A stretch of 64,000 nucleotides of DNA, taken from the NCBI GenBank assembly GCA_965226385.1, contig OZ245359.1, positions 3,090,545-3,154,544 on the forward strand, read 5' to 3'. Every line of letters begins with the position of its first letter. Positions within the stretch are counted from its first letter, which is position 1. Positions 29,604 to 39,074 of this stretch are shown here, one piece after another. The DNA is from Bryobacterales bacterium (GTDB lineage: Bacteria > Acidobacteriota > Terriglobia > Bryobacterales > UBA6623). Both the position numbers and the translations under genes were made by a program. Under the pieces are notes generated by a model. That model saw nothing but the letters and a program-made list of their open reading frames with translations. It was not told the DNA's origin and did not search any database.

Positions 29604-31274
29604 ATGCCAACGGGATCCGAACTATTCATCCGCAGTCTGAAGAGCCAGGGAATTGACAGACTTTTCACACTTGTCGGAGACCACCTGAATGATGTCTTGC
29701 AAGTTGCTGTCCGGGAGGGGATGTCCATTTATGACACTCGCCATGAGTCAGCTGCGGTTCATATGGCAGACGGCTGGAGCCGCTTGACCCGCACACCGGG
29801 AGTCTCACTTGTTACAGGTGCACCCGGTCACACCAACTCCATCACGGGTATTGCAACAGCGCATGCAACGGCTGTGCCCATGATGGCAGTCAGCGGTATG
29901 AGTGATTCTTCGTTGCGCGATCGCAATGCCTTTCAGGACATGGACCAGTTGAAGCTCGTGCAGGGTATTACCAAGTATGCTGCAGTACCAGCGCAATCGG
30001 GGCAGCTTCCCTTTCATGTCAAGCGCTCCTTTCTTGAGATGTTGCACGGTCGGCCAGGGGTGGCCCACTTGAGTATCCCTGTTAACTTGTTCACGCAGCA
30101 GAACGAGTCTTATTCCCCGCTACCCACAGAGGTTGTTCAGCCGCTTCGCAGCGCTCCTCTCAGCCAGGATGTTGACCGTGCAGTGGACCTGTTGAAAGCA
30201 GCGGAGCACCCTGTCGTGATAGCAGGTTCCGGAGCCTATTGGTCGGATGCCGGGGAAGCATTGCAGAGATTTGTCGAAACCGCAAAAGTACCACTTTTTA
30301 CGGTTGGTCTGGCTCGCGGGCTGGTCACGGATGACCACCCCTTGTGCTTTGGCTATGCGGACCCAACTCTGAACCGCGGTGCAGAGAACGCTTTCTTGCA
30401 GGCCGACCTTGTGATAGTCATTGGCAAACGCATCGACTACCGCTTGCGATTGGGCGGTCGGCAGATCTTTCGAGGTGATGCGAAGTTCATTCAGATTGAC
30501 ATCTGCGATGAAGAACTGGGGTTGAACCGGGAGCCGGAAGTCGGCATGGCAGCGGATGGGCGGACAAGCCTTGATTATTTCGCAGAGGCGCTAAAGGGAG
30601 TTGCCGCGGAAGATCGTCAGGAGTGGCTCGCTGAGATCCAGCGGGGCTGTGATGAATATGCTGCATATGTCGAAGAACTGATAGCTAAACCCAGATCCCC
30701 CATGCATTCCTTGCATGTATACAGGGAACTGAAGCAAAGAGTCACGCCCGCTACAACATTCTGTTGGGATGGAGGTGATTTTGTTCACTGGGGACGCTAT
30801 ATGCTCTCAGCGCGTCAGCCCGGCCATTGGATGCGACTGGGGACGTTGGCAGGACTGGGTGTGGGACTACCGATCGGCTTAAGCGCCAAAGTTCTGAGGC
30901 CCAATGACCCTTCGGTTGTTGTGACGGGCGACGGCTCGTTGGGCTTTTACATTGGTGAGCTGGATACTGCAGTCAGGTTTGGACTGCCCATTATTGTCAT
31001 CGTTGGCAATGATGGCGGTTGGGGGCTCGAACGTGAACTGCAGAAAGGGTTCTATCCGGAATCAGATACAGTCGCTTGCGAGCTTCGAAAGACACGTTAC
31101 GACCTGGTAATGAAAGGCTTTGGGGGCGATGGTGCACATGTCACCGAACCAGGCCAGCTTCCGGATGCACTTGATCGTGCTTTTCAAAGCGACAAGCCTT
31201 TCCTTGTGAACATCGAGATTGATGGCGTGGGATCTCCATTCACGAAGTACCAAGTGGATAGACGCAAAAAATAG
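29604..31274 (+). CDS. Thiamine pyrophosphate-dependent enzyme (acetolactate synthase / oxalyl-CoA decarboxylase / HACL-like)
   Basis: 556 aa. The N-terminal Pyr domain shows GIDRLFTLVGDH...RHESAAVHMADGW...TGAPGHTNS. The C-terminal GDGSLGF...NDGGWG is the TPP-binding motif. Confidence 0.85.
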   Translation: MPTGSELFIRSLKSQGIDRLFTLVGDHLNDVLQVAVREGMSIYDTRHESAAVHMADGWSRLTRTPGVSLVTGAPGHTNSITGIATAHATAVPMMAVSGMSDSSLRDRNAFQDMDQLKLVQGITKYAAVPAQSGQLPFHVKRSFLEMLHGRPGVAHLSIPVNLFTQQNESYSPLPTEVVQPLRSAPLSQDVDRAVDLLKAAEHPVVIAGSGAYWSDAGEALQRFVETAKVPLFTVGLARGLVTDDHPLCFGYADPTLNRGAENAFLQADLVIVIGKRIDYRLRLGGRQIFRGDAKFIQIDICDEELGLNREPEVGMAADGRTSLDYFAEALKGVAAEDRQEWLAEIQRGCDEYAAYVEELIAKPRSPMHSLHVYRELKQRVTPATTFCWDGGDFVHWGRYMLSARQPGHWMRLGTLAGLGVGLPIGLSAKVLRPNDPSVVVTGDGSLGFYIGELDTAVRFGLPIIVIVGNDGGWGLERELQKGFYPESDTVACELRKTRYDLVMKGFGGDGAHVTEPGQLPDALDRAFQSDKPFLVNIEIDGVGSPFTKYQVDRRKK

Positions 31275-31281
31275 TGCTTTG

Positions 31282-31824
31282 ATGAGATTGCTTGTTAGAT
31301 ATTGCAGTATTGGCTGTTTTGCGCTCTTGTTGCTGGTGGTTGACTTAACGCTCCCCGCTCAGCGCACAACCCGCTACGAATCACCGCCTGAAGATCTTCC
31401 CAGGATATTGGCAGCACAACCTGTTGTATTCAACCACAGACTGCATGCTGAACAACGCCTGGAATGCACGGACTGCCATCCCGGAGCAGAGAAGTGGGTG
31501 AATGCCGGTTTACCAGGTCGCGAGCAATGCATGCTGTGCCATCAGGCCATTGCGGTAGAAAGCACCGCAATCCAGGAACTGGCAGCACTGCCAATGGGGC
31601 ACAGGATTCCTTGGGAGCGTGTGTACCAGGTTCCTGATTTCATCTTCTTTAGCCATGCCAGCCATTTTGATGCTGGCGTTGAATGCAACTCTTGCCATGG
31701 ACCTGTTGCAACGCGTAATGTGCTGGATCAGGAAATCTCAACCAACATGGTGGTCTGCATGAATTGCCACCTGGAGCGCAATGCATCCAATGAGTGTTAC
31801 CTGTGCCATGACCTGGGGCAATAA
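31282..31824 (+). CDS. Membrane-anchored pentaheme c-type cytochrome
   Basis: The N-terminal hydrophobic helix is CSIGCFALLLLVV. There are five CXXCH motifs: CTDCH, CMLCH, CNSCH, CMNCH and CYLCH. The start is taken at the internal Met; the track ORF begins at 31219 inside the upstream gene. Confidence 0.8.
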   Translation: MRLLVRYCSIGCFALLLLVVDLTLPAQRTTRYESPPEDLPRILAAQPVVFNHRLHAEQRLECTDCHPGAEKWVNAGLPGREQCMLCHQAIAVESTAIQELAALPMGHRIPWERVYQVPDFIFFSHASHFDAGVECNSCHGPVATRNVLDQEISTNMVVCMNCHLERNASNECYLCHDLGQ

Positions 31825-31959
31825 CAAAATTCCTGGTAGTAATCTTGCAGTTGAAGATCATTCAGGCACTGATATTACGAGAATTGGAAGTATGATTCGG
31901 TTATGAGGGTGGCACTGACGCGCCGCATTCCGCTGTGTCGGGACAGCCCTACTCCGGTT

Positions 31960-32565
31960 ATGACCGAACACCAGCAGAACAATTCATCGCAATCTGCAGA
32001 CAGGGTTCCAGTGACTCCAGGTGCAGTGATTGCTGACTTGGTGAGACACCCTCTGCGTAGGCTGGTATTGCAATGGAACTGGAAAGCAGCCTTAATGAGT
32101 TGCCTGTTGCGGTCTTTGATTTTCTTTACTGTCAATCTGACCGCTGGATTAAGTAGCGCATTGGATGCGCTTCTGACAGAGTTCATGTACCGCGCCATCA
32201 TGACAGGTTTTCTGGCTTCGCTGTCACAAGCTTTCCGGCGTGTCCAGCAGGCATGGAAGGCCAGCCTGATCCTGATGCTTGTGCTTCCTGCGATTGCGCA
32301 CGGGATCGAGTTTACAGTCCACTCCTTGAGGGGCACTGCACGGCTCTATGAAAGTGTTGCCGTATCTGTGCTGTTTTCGATGTTCTCGGTGGTCTTGAGT
32401 TACATGCTGCAACGTCGTAGTTTGTTGGTTGTAGGCGAAGGGGGCAGACCGTTGCTAACGGATGTAGTTTCCATGCCTGGTGTAATCCTCGATCTGCTTC
32501 TACTCAAACCGGTTCGGTTGTTGCGGAACTCTAATACCAGGAAACTCCGGCCTGACGACCATTAG
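31960..32565 (+). CDS. Hypothetical multi-pass membrane protein
   Basis: Several hydrophobic helices and no recognisable motif. The start is assumed at MTEHQQNN. Confidence 0.4.
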   Translation: MTEHQQNNSSQSADRVPVTPGAVIADLVRHPLRRLVLQWNWKAALMSCLLRSLIFFTVNLTAGLSSALDALLTEFMYRAIMTGFLASLSQAFRRVQQAWKASLILMLVLPAIAHGIEFTVHSLRGTARLYESVAVSVLFSMFSVVLSYMLQRRSLLVVGEGGRPLLTDVVSMPGVILDLLLLKPVRLLRNSNTRKLRPDDH

Positions 32566-32598
32566 CCTGGTCCTGCATTCCCTTATCCGCCAATGGAG

Positions 32599-32787
32599 TC
32601 ATGATTTAGGAACGGCCCTGCCCATCGCAAAAAGTAACCTCAGACCACCGCCTTGACCGCAACCATAATCAAAGACCAGACACTTTCGCGTAATGCTGCC
32701 GTCTGGGACGGCAAATTTGATCGGATGGGATGGCTCTGTTCGTATGATCGCTGTCTTGTTGTGGGTGATAGTCTCCTGTAATAGCAC
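32599..32787 (-). pseudogene. Possible remnant of a class I SAM methyltransferase (resembles DNA-phosphorothioation-associated putative methyltransferase family)
   Basis: THNKTAIIRTEPSHPIKFAVPDGSITRKCLVFDYGCGQGGGLRLL contains the HKTAI..R block and motif I (DYGCGxG), as I recall for that family. It is truncated right after motif I. Confidence 0.3.
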
Positions 32788-32972
32788 TCACGAGACTTCA
32801 ACCACCAGCGCAACCAAGTCATCAATCCTGTGCAGCTTCTTGTTTCCCGCAAGGTAAGAGATGCCCCGGTGAAGATGCCAACGGAATTGCAGTAGCTGCA
32901 TTGCACCCATGTTGGCGTTGATTGATGTCACTGCTTGACGATTGCACTGCCTTGTGGTTCTACTGAAATTCA

Positions 32973-34205
32973 ATGTCAGCAATACCAAGAGACCAACAAC
33001 GCTCACTCATTGACCGCTTGATGCAGGTATCGGGGGGCAGTTACACTCCTGATCAGCGTCGCAAATACTTCATCAGTGGGCCCCAGTGGGCTGGTGATTA
33101 CCAGGGGCAGGCGCTGTTTCATGCACCGACTCGTGAAGTGATCGGGTTCGAAGAAGTAATCAGGAATCTTGGCGAACTGGGTATCCCTTGCTGGACTACC
33201 CATGACAGTGATGTGATTGATACAGACGATTTGTTAACGGATCGTCAGTGGGAAACCGTCGAGAGGATCAACAAGTCACTGAATGAGCACGGTGTACGTT
33301 GCTCTATGGTCACTTGCGAGACCTTCTTTCATCCGGTGTTTGCAGCCAGTCCTGCTGCAGAGGCACCGAAAGTTCGTCATTATGCTTCACGCCGTCTGCA
33401 GAACACTGTTGAGATTGGGCATGAGCTTGGCGCTCAGTTTGCTGTCTATTGGCCGGGAACTCTGGGTTACATGGTTCAGGGGGCTATTGATGAAACACAG
33501 ACCCTGCGTTGGTTTGCTGATGGACTGAATGCTGCCTGCAAGCGTGATATGGAAGTTGCCGAAGAAAAAGGCAGGCCAACTCTCAAGCATTGCCTGGAGG
33601 CTAAACCTTTTGAACCGCAAGCACAGATCATCCTGCCTACCAGTGATGCCATGTTGGCATTCATCGCAAGTGGTCTTCTGGATCACCCTGAGATGGTAGG
33701 ACTGAATCCCGAGTACTTGCATGAGTTGATGTGGGGTGCTCCGGCACGTGCAGTCCTTGCGAGGGCTCTTTTGTGCAAGAAGTTATTCCACTTTGATATC
33801 AATGACGGCTATCCTCTGAAGCATGATGTGGACCTCGGTGTAGGCATCGTGAATCCACTGGACTGGCTGAATGTCCTGGTGCTATTGAGATCCCATGACT
33901 ATGAAGGACCATTCAACCTGGACTTCAAACCACCCCGCACGACATCGAACTATGGAGTCTGGAAAGTCAGTTTCCCGACTGCTGTTGATCGCTTCATCAC
34001 TTTATGGAATATTGCCGGAGAGGTCATTGAGGACCCTGTAATGAATGAAGCTTCGCAAGCCTTGAGAAGTGGCGGTGTTAGTTCGGAAGATGTAAATGAT
34101 ATTGTCGAGGCGAACAAGGAACTGCTCACACTGCATGAGCTGATGGCCAATCGCATATTCCAGTTGCTGATTGGACAGCACAAGGGACGAACGTTCAGCG
34201 GGTGA
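32973..34205 (+). CDS. Xylose isomerase-like TIM-barrel protein (divergent sugar isomerase)
   Basis: 410 aa. The layout and blocks such as GIPCWTTHDSDV, FAVYWPG and LEAKPFEP resemble XylA-type isomerases. The exact activity is unknown. Confidence 0.5.
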   Translation: MSAIPRDQQRSLIDRLMQVSGGSYTPDQRRKYFISGPQWAGDYQGQALFHAPTREVIGFEEVIRNLGELGIPCWTTHDSDVIDTDDLLTDRQWETVERINKSLNEHGVRCSMVTCETFFHPVFAASPAAEAPKVRHYASRRLQNTVEIGHELGAQFAVYWPGTLGYMVQGAIDETQTLRWFADGLNAACKRDMEVAEEKGRPTLKHCLEAKPFEPQAQIILPTSDAMLAFIASGLLDHPEMVGLNPEYLHELMWGAPARAVLARALLCKKLFHFDINDGYPLKHDVDLGVGIVNPLDWLNVLVLLRSHDYEGPFNLDFKPPRTTSNYGVWKVSFPTAVDRFITLWNIAGEVIEDPVMNEASQALRSGGVSSEDVNDIVEANKELLTLHELMANRIFQLLIGQHKGRTFSG

Positions 34206-34216
34206 AGGGAAGGGGA

Positions 34217-34245
34217 CTGCAGGGCGCCCGTGGCATTCCCTGCAG
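34217..34245. terminator. Stem-loop between convergent isomerase-like gene and tRNA-Arg
   Basis: An 8-bp perfect stem (ctgcaggg / ccctgcag) encloses a 13-nt loop. No clear U-tract follows on either strand, so this is weak as an intrinsic terminator. Confidence 0.3.
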
Positions 34246-34254
34246 TTCAAAGAA

Positions 34255-34331
34255 TGGCGCGCCCGGGAGGATTCGAACCCCCGGCCTTCTGGTCCGTAGC
34301 CAGACGCTCTATCCAGCTGAGCTACGAGCGC
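34255..34331 (-). tRNA. tRNA-Arg (anticodon ACG), CCA encoded
   Basis: The reverse complement is GCGCTCG-TA-GCTC-AGCTGGATA-GAGC-G-TCTGG-CTACGGA-CCAGA-AGGCC-GGGGG-TTCGAAT-CCTCC-CGGGCGC-G-CCA. It folds as a cloverleaf with anticodon loop CU-ACG-GA. Confidence 0.95.
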
Positions 34332-34540
34332 AACCTGCACTTTCTATTTAAGCACGTAGCAAAAAAAATCGCCATTTCTGGTAGGGAAATCACGTAATTG
34401 ACTGCCCCGGTACATACCCTGATTGAAACCCGGCGAAGTACTCAACCCCAGTTCTGTCAGTTAGTCCAGGGCAGGGATTTGTTGGTTTAGGCATGATTTT
34501 CTTTGCATTTTGAGGTGGGATTGCGAGAAACTGCAAAACT

Positions 34541-35728
34541 ATGCGAGAAGCAGTTATCGTTGACTCACTCCGAACACCCCTTGCCAAGTCATTTCGGGGC
34601 TCATTGAACCTGACGCGTCCAGATGACCAGGTAGCACACTGTATTAAAAGTGTTCTCGACAAGTATCCACAGATTGATCGCAATGAAATCGGTGACCTGA
34701 TTCTTGGATGTGGGCAACCTCATGGTGCGTCTGGGCACAATGTGGCTCGTATTTCTGCCTTGCTTGCTGGATTGCCTTCCACGGTTGGAGGAACCACAGT
34801 TAACCGATTCTGTTCTTCGGGTCTCCAGGCAGTTGCCATGGCAGCGCACCAGGTAATCATGGAGGGTGAAGATGTAATGCTTGCAGGCGGTGTGGAGTCC
34901 ATCACTATGATGTCTCCGGACAAGTCACCTCATCCAGAACTCAAGGAATCCAACCCTGGTGTCTATATGGTCATGGGAGTCACAGCGGAGGTTGTTGCCA
35001 GGCGGTATAACATCTCGCGGGACGCCCAGGATGAATACGCCCTGCAAAGCCAGCAACGGACAGCTGCTGCCCAGCATGAGGGGTTCTTTGGAGAAGAACT
35101 GGCACCTATGAACGTCAAGAGAGGGAAAATCGACAAGGAGACCAGATCCATTGTCGGTACTGAGGATCATGTCCTGACTGCTGATGAGTGCAACCGGCCC
35201 GGTACAACACTGCAAGCTCTTGCTTCCCTGCCACCTTATTTTGATCCTGATTCTGGCAAGGGTTCGGTTACTGCAGGGAACTCTTCCCAACTCTCGGATG
35301 GAGCTTCCATCACTCTGGTCATGTCCCGGCAACGTGCAGAGGAGTTATCCGTTCCCTACAAGCTTGTTTTTCGTGGCTTCAGCACATCCGGGTGTGAGCC
35401 CGCCGAGATGGGCATCGGTCCGGTCTACGCCGTTCCGAAGCTTTTGAAAAACAACTCCATTGGTGTTAGTGACATTGATCTCTGGGAACTCAATGAAGCA
35501 TTCGCTGTCCAGGTCGTTTATTGCAGAGACAAACTGGGAATCCCGAATGATTGCCTGAATGTGAATGGTGGTTCGATATCAATTGGTCATCCATTTGGAA
35601 TGACTGGTTCACGAATGGTTGGAACGATTGCCAACGAGATGAAACGTCGAAAATCCAGTTTGGGAGTTGTGACGATGTGCGTTGGTGGTGGGCAGGGCGC
35701 GGCCGGACTTTTTGAAGGTGCTTGGTAG
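34541..35728 (+). CDS. Acetyl-CoA C-acyltransferase (thiolase)
   Basis: 395 aa. VNRFCSSGLQAV holds the active-site Cys. NEAFA, the C-terminal GGSISIGHPFGMTG and the CVGGGQG blocks are also present. Confidence 0.9.
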   Translation: MREAVIVDSLRTPLAKSFRGSLNLTRPDDQVAHCIKSVLDKYPQIDRNEIGDLILGCGQPHGASGHNVARISALLAGLPSTVGGTTVNRFCSSGLQAVAMAAHQVIMEGEDVMLAGGVESITMMSPDKSPHPELKESNPGVYMVMGVTAEVVARRYNISRDAQDEYALQSQQRTAAAQHEGFFGEELAPMNVKRGKIDKETRSIVGTEDHVLTADECNRPGTTLQALASLPPYFDPDSGKGSVTAGNSSQLSDGASITLVMSRQRAEELSVPYKLVFRGFSTSGCEPAEMGIGPVYAVPKLLKNNSIGVSDIDLWELNEAFAVQVVYCRDKLGIPNDCLNVNGGSISIGHPFGMTGSRMVGTIANEMKRRKSSLGVVTMCVGGGQGAAGLFEGAW

Positions 35729-35814
35729 GAGCCTGCCAGGATTGTCAAATTAGGTCGAGTGACTCCAGGCACACCCGTCCTTGGGTTTCCTTTAAATTCA
35801 GGATTTGGAAGCGA

Positions 35815-36330
35815 TCAGAGCTTGCTGCAAGCGCTGGCTGCTCCAGCCGGGTCTATGGCGTCACCGCCTGTTTCGACATGGGCAATATTTCCATCCTTGC
35901 CTATGACGTAGGTTGTCCGGCCAGACATCATGCGTTCTTCCATCAGGTTGTCGTAAGCCCGTGACACAGCGCCATCTGTATCACTGAGAATGGCAAACTC
36001 CAGGTTCAGCGATGCGGCGAATTCCTTGTTGGTTTGAAGTGGGTCGGTACTGATTCCGAATACAACGGAGTCCGAACCGGTGAAATCTGAGATACCAGCC
36101 TGGTATCCCTGCATCTCGCGCGTTCAACCACCTGTAAAGGCTTTCGGGAAAAAGGCCAGAACAACATTATTCTTGCCTCGAAACGAGGACAAGGTAGTGT
36201 TCTTGCCATCGGTACCGGGTAGAGTGAAATCGGGTGCTTCCTCTCCCATGGAAAGGGCAGCTACGGCACTGCCAGCCGATGCAGCGGCTACACCGCTCAG
36301 AAGGATTTGTCTTCTTGAGAAAAGTCTCAT
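35815..36330 (-). CDS. Tat-signal peroxiredoxin (BCP/AhpC-TSA fold) with in-frame UGA at the peroxidatic Cys position; candidate selenoprotein
   Basis: Track ORFs 36124..36330 and 35815..36114 share a frame. Joined, they read [10 protein letters not shown]...[13 protein letters not shown]-[TGA 36124-36126][10 protein letters not shown]...GISTD...ILSD. The N-terminus is [24 protein letters not shown]. Confidence 0.7.
36089..36109 (-). promoter_or_regulatory. Hairpin 14 nt downstream of the in-frame UGA (SECIS-like candidate)
   Basis: The mRNA reads GGGAUACCA-GGC-UGGUAUCUC. This is a 9-bp stem including one G-U pair, or 8 bp with an AGGCU loop, and the apex is G-rich. Confidence 0.4.
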
Positions 36331-36899
36331 TGGGTTCTCCGTTGACAGGCCATAGGCATCCTGTTAACCATGCCTTGGAATAATTCTAGCAGGGTGGTTG
36401 CCTGCTGGGTTCAGTTTGCTCAGTCTCAAGCAACAAAATACGCTATGAAGTTGAGTTGTTAAAGGCGCATATTAACAGTGGGTAGAGCAACGAACAGGTA
36501 ATCCAGCTTGTATGTTATGCCTGAAGCGCGTTTTTGATTTTCGATCAAGTCTTTTGTGGCCAGTGAGCCGCAGCCATACCCGAACAGGAGATAAACGGGA
36601 ACGTGCCCCTGGGAACTATGGGCTCCTGAACATTCTGGGGCGGTCACTGACTCAGGACAGCGACTGATGTGGGGAGGGGGTGCGCAAGTTACGGGACGTG
36701 GATGTTTGGGGCAGCGTGTAGCCTGAGCTGCGAGGGATGCATGACGTCATGCAGTACCAGCTGAGTGGCCCGCTTTAACTCCTCGCCCTCGCCAAAAGTG
36801 CTAGCCCGGAAATCTCACCAATGGGTTGAGAATGAGCCTTTAAATCGTGTATAGTATCTTTGTTATCAGTATCTTACACTGATTTCGAAGGGAGGGTTC

Positions 36900-37847
36900 A
36901 TGAAAGCAGGGTGCGCGGCGCAGAAGTTGCAATTCGAGGCGCACGGCAAGCGCGACGTGGTCGCGGATTTCGATGGTGGGAGGATGACGTCGGACGGCGG
37001 GGGATTGCTGCTGCGCGAAGCGAACTGCTGCTTGGGCGACCTGATGGCGCGGCTGCGGACGGCGGACCGGGACGCCTCCGACGGCAGCGTGGAGGAGCTG
37101 GAGCGCATCGTGGGACGGATCCGGGAGCGCTGGCCGGCGACCCGCATCCGCATCCGCGCGGACGCGGGGTTCTGCCGCGACGGGATCCTGAGCTGGTGCG
37201 AAGCCAATGCGGTGGGCTACGTGCTCGGGCTGGCTCGCAACCCGGTGCTGACTCGGCGCTTACGCCACGCCATGCGCCGTGCGCGGCGGTGCTGCTGGCA
37301 GACCGGCGAGGCGGTGCGCCGCTTCCGCCAGTTCCGCTATCGCACGCACAGCTCGTGGAGCCGCAAGCGGCGCGTGATCGGCAAGGCCGAGCACCTGCGG
37401 CAGGGCGCCAATCCGCGCTTCGTGGTGACCAACCTGGAACTCTCCGAAATCCAGTCGCCGCAGCGGCTGTACGAGCAGGTCTACTGCGCCCGCGGCGAGA
37501 TGGAGAACCGCATCAAGGAGCAGCAGCTGTGTCTGTTCGCCGACCGCACCAGCAGCGCGACGATGCGCGCTAACCAGCTGCGCCTGTACCTGTCAACCTT
37601 TGCCTACGTGCTGATGAACACCGTGCGGGAGGTGGGCCTGGCCGGCACGGCCATGGCCAAGGCGCAATGCTCCACCATCCGCCTCAAGCTGTTCAAGATC
37701 GCCGCCGTGATCCGCATCACCACGCGCAAGGTGTGGCTGTCGCTTTCCTCCGTCCACCCCTTCCAGCACCTCTATGCGACCGCGCTGCGCAATCTGCGGC
37801 CCCCCCCCCCCCCCCCCCCCCCCCGCATGCCAATGGCATTCGTTTAA
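36900..37847 (+). pseudogene. IS1380-family DDE transposase, internally deleted and 3' disrupted
   Basis: VADFDGGRMTSDGGGLLLRE and YCARGEMENRIKEQQLCLFADRTS are IS1380 hallmarks. The sequence jumps from LLLRE... directly to ...ARLR..DAS.GSVEELERIV, losing roughly the central third compared with full-length family members as I recall them. The C-terminus runs into the poly-C tract and the nested IS. Confidence 0.75.
37800..37824. repeat. Homopolymer C(25)
   Basis: Counted directly: c at 37800 plus 24 c at 37801-37824. It lies 6 bp (gcatgc) from the left inverted repeat of the nested IS. Confidence 0.95.
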
Positions 37848-37913
37848 CGGCCAAACAGCATTCGTTTAAGGGTTCAAGGGGAATTCCGGCGCAGCGGGCC
37901 GGTTTTTCGCGCT

Positions 37914-39074
37914 TCAGGCTGTGGTTGCAGTTGCGGTTGCCTTGCTGGACCTCCATTTGCTGGCGGGTTTCCGGGAGAGGCGCGGGAAGGAGCGGTTCGG
38001 GCGCTGTCGCTGGCGGCACGCGGCGATGCCGGCGAGGATCCGTTCGACGGTCTTGCCCAGCATGGCGGCGTGCTCCAGGAACAGCCCTTCCAGGTGCCGC
38101 GCCACGGTGCGCAGGCTGCTCTTGAAGTTCGCCTGCATCGCCGGCTGGCCCGGGTCGGCCCGGAAGCTCTCCTCGCTGCGGTTGGTGAACAGCCGGGCCA
38201 GGGCGATCAGGCTGAAGTGGGCGAACAGCTCCTGCTGGACCGTGCGCTCGGTCTGGCCGTGGAACTCCTCCACCGTCAGCAGTTGCTTGGAAATCTTGTA
38301 CAGCTCCTCGATGCTCCAGCGGCCGTGGTACAGGTCGGCGAGGTCCCGCACGCTGTAGCGCTGCCGGTCCAGCAGGGTGGTGGCGAGGGTGTAGGTGGTT
38401 GTGCCGACGGTGTACTTGATGAGGCGCACCCGGCAGGGCTGGAAGGCGGCCTGCGGGTGCTGGCGCAGTACGTCGGCGCTGGGCGTGACGGTGACCGTGT
38501 GATCGGTGCGGTCGCCGAGGATGAAGTCGCGGAACAGGGCGGAGGCGTTCCGCTGGAGGCGGAAGACGGCCTGCAGGCGGCGTTCGGCGTGGGCGTGCAG
38601 CAGCTGGAAGGAGTAGTAACCGCGGTCGTAGACGACGACATCGCCGGGGGCGAGCGCCCGGAGGTGGGCCAGGGCCGCCAGGCGCTCGTTGCCATGGGCG
38701 AGCAGGTCGAAGTCGACCGGGATGCGGGAGCGCAGCTGGTAGAGGCAGCTGAGCAGGCCCTGCGGGTAGTGGGCGTTCGATGAGGGCGTGCGGTAGCCCT
38801 CTTGGGCCAGCGGGCGGGGCAGGTTCAGCTTCGAGCCGTCGACGGCGAAGATCCGGTGGCCGTGCCACAGTTGGCCAGCCGTCTCCCGCGGGGCTTGCTC
38901 GAGAATCGCCCGGTGGATACGCCGGAACACGTCGGCGTGAATCTTGGCGCGGGCCACGCAGATTGACGAGGCCGATACCGGCTGAGGCTGCGGCAGCGCG
39001 ACCCCCAGCCGGCGGCACTGCTCCCACAGCTCGGCCAGGGTCAGGGCATAGCCCTGGCGGTCGGGCGCGAACAC
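37914..39074 (-). CDS. IS4-family DDE transposase
   Basis: 386 aa. IFAVDGSKLNLP and VVVYDRGYYSF (DDE aspartates) are present, together with YHGRWSIEELYKISK, which fits the IS4 Y-2-R-3-E-6-K signature. GTG start. Confidence 0.85.
   Translation of the reverse strand: MFAPDRQGYALTLAELWEQCRRLGVALPQPQPVSASSICVARAKIHADVFRRIHRAILEQAPRETAGQLWHGHRIFAVDGSKLNLPRPLAQEGYRTPSSNAHYPQGLLSCLYQLRSRIPVDFDLLAHGNERLAALAHLRALAPGDVVVYDRGYYSFQLLHAHAERRLQAVFRLQRNASALFRDFILGDRTDHTVTVTPSADVLRQHPQAAFQPCRVRLIKYTVGTTTYTLATTLLDRQRYSVRDLADLYHGRWSIEELYKISKQLLTVEEFHGQTERTVQQELFAHFSLIALARLFTNRSEESFRADPGQPAMQANFKSSLRTVARHLEGLFLEHAAMLGKTVERILAGIAACRQRQRPNRSFPRLSRKPASKWRSSKATATATTA

Noticed and set aside
31282-31824. Pentaheme cytochrome as ActA of an Alternative Complex III
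   Set aside because: No actB-F genes or other ACIII components are adjacent. The heme count alone is insufficient.
34255-36650. tRNA-Arg as the integration site of the second island
   Set aside because: The island starts about 2.3 kb away, beyond the thiolase and peroxiredoxin genes. There is no integrase and I found no partial tRNA repeat at the far edge.
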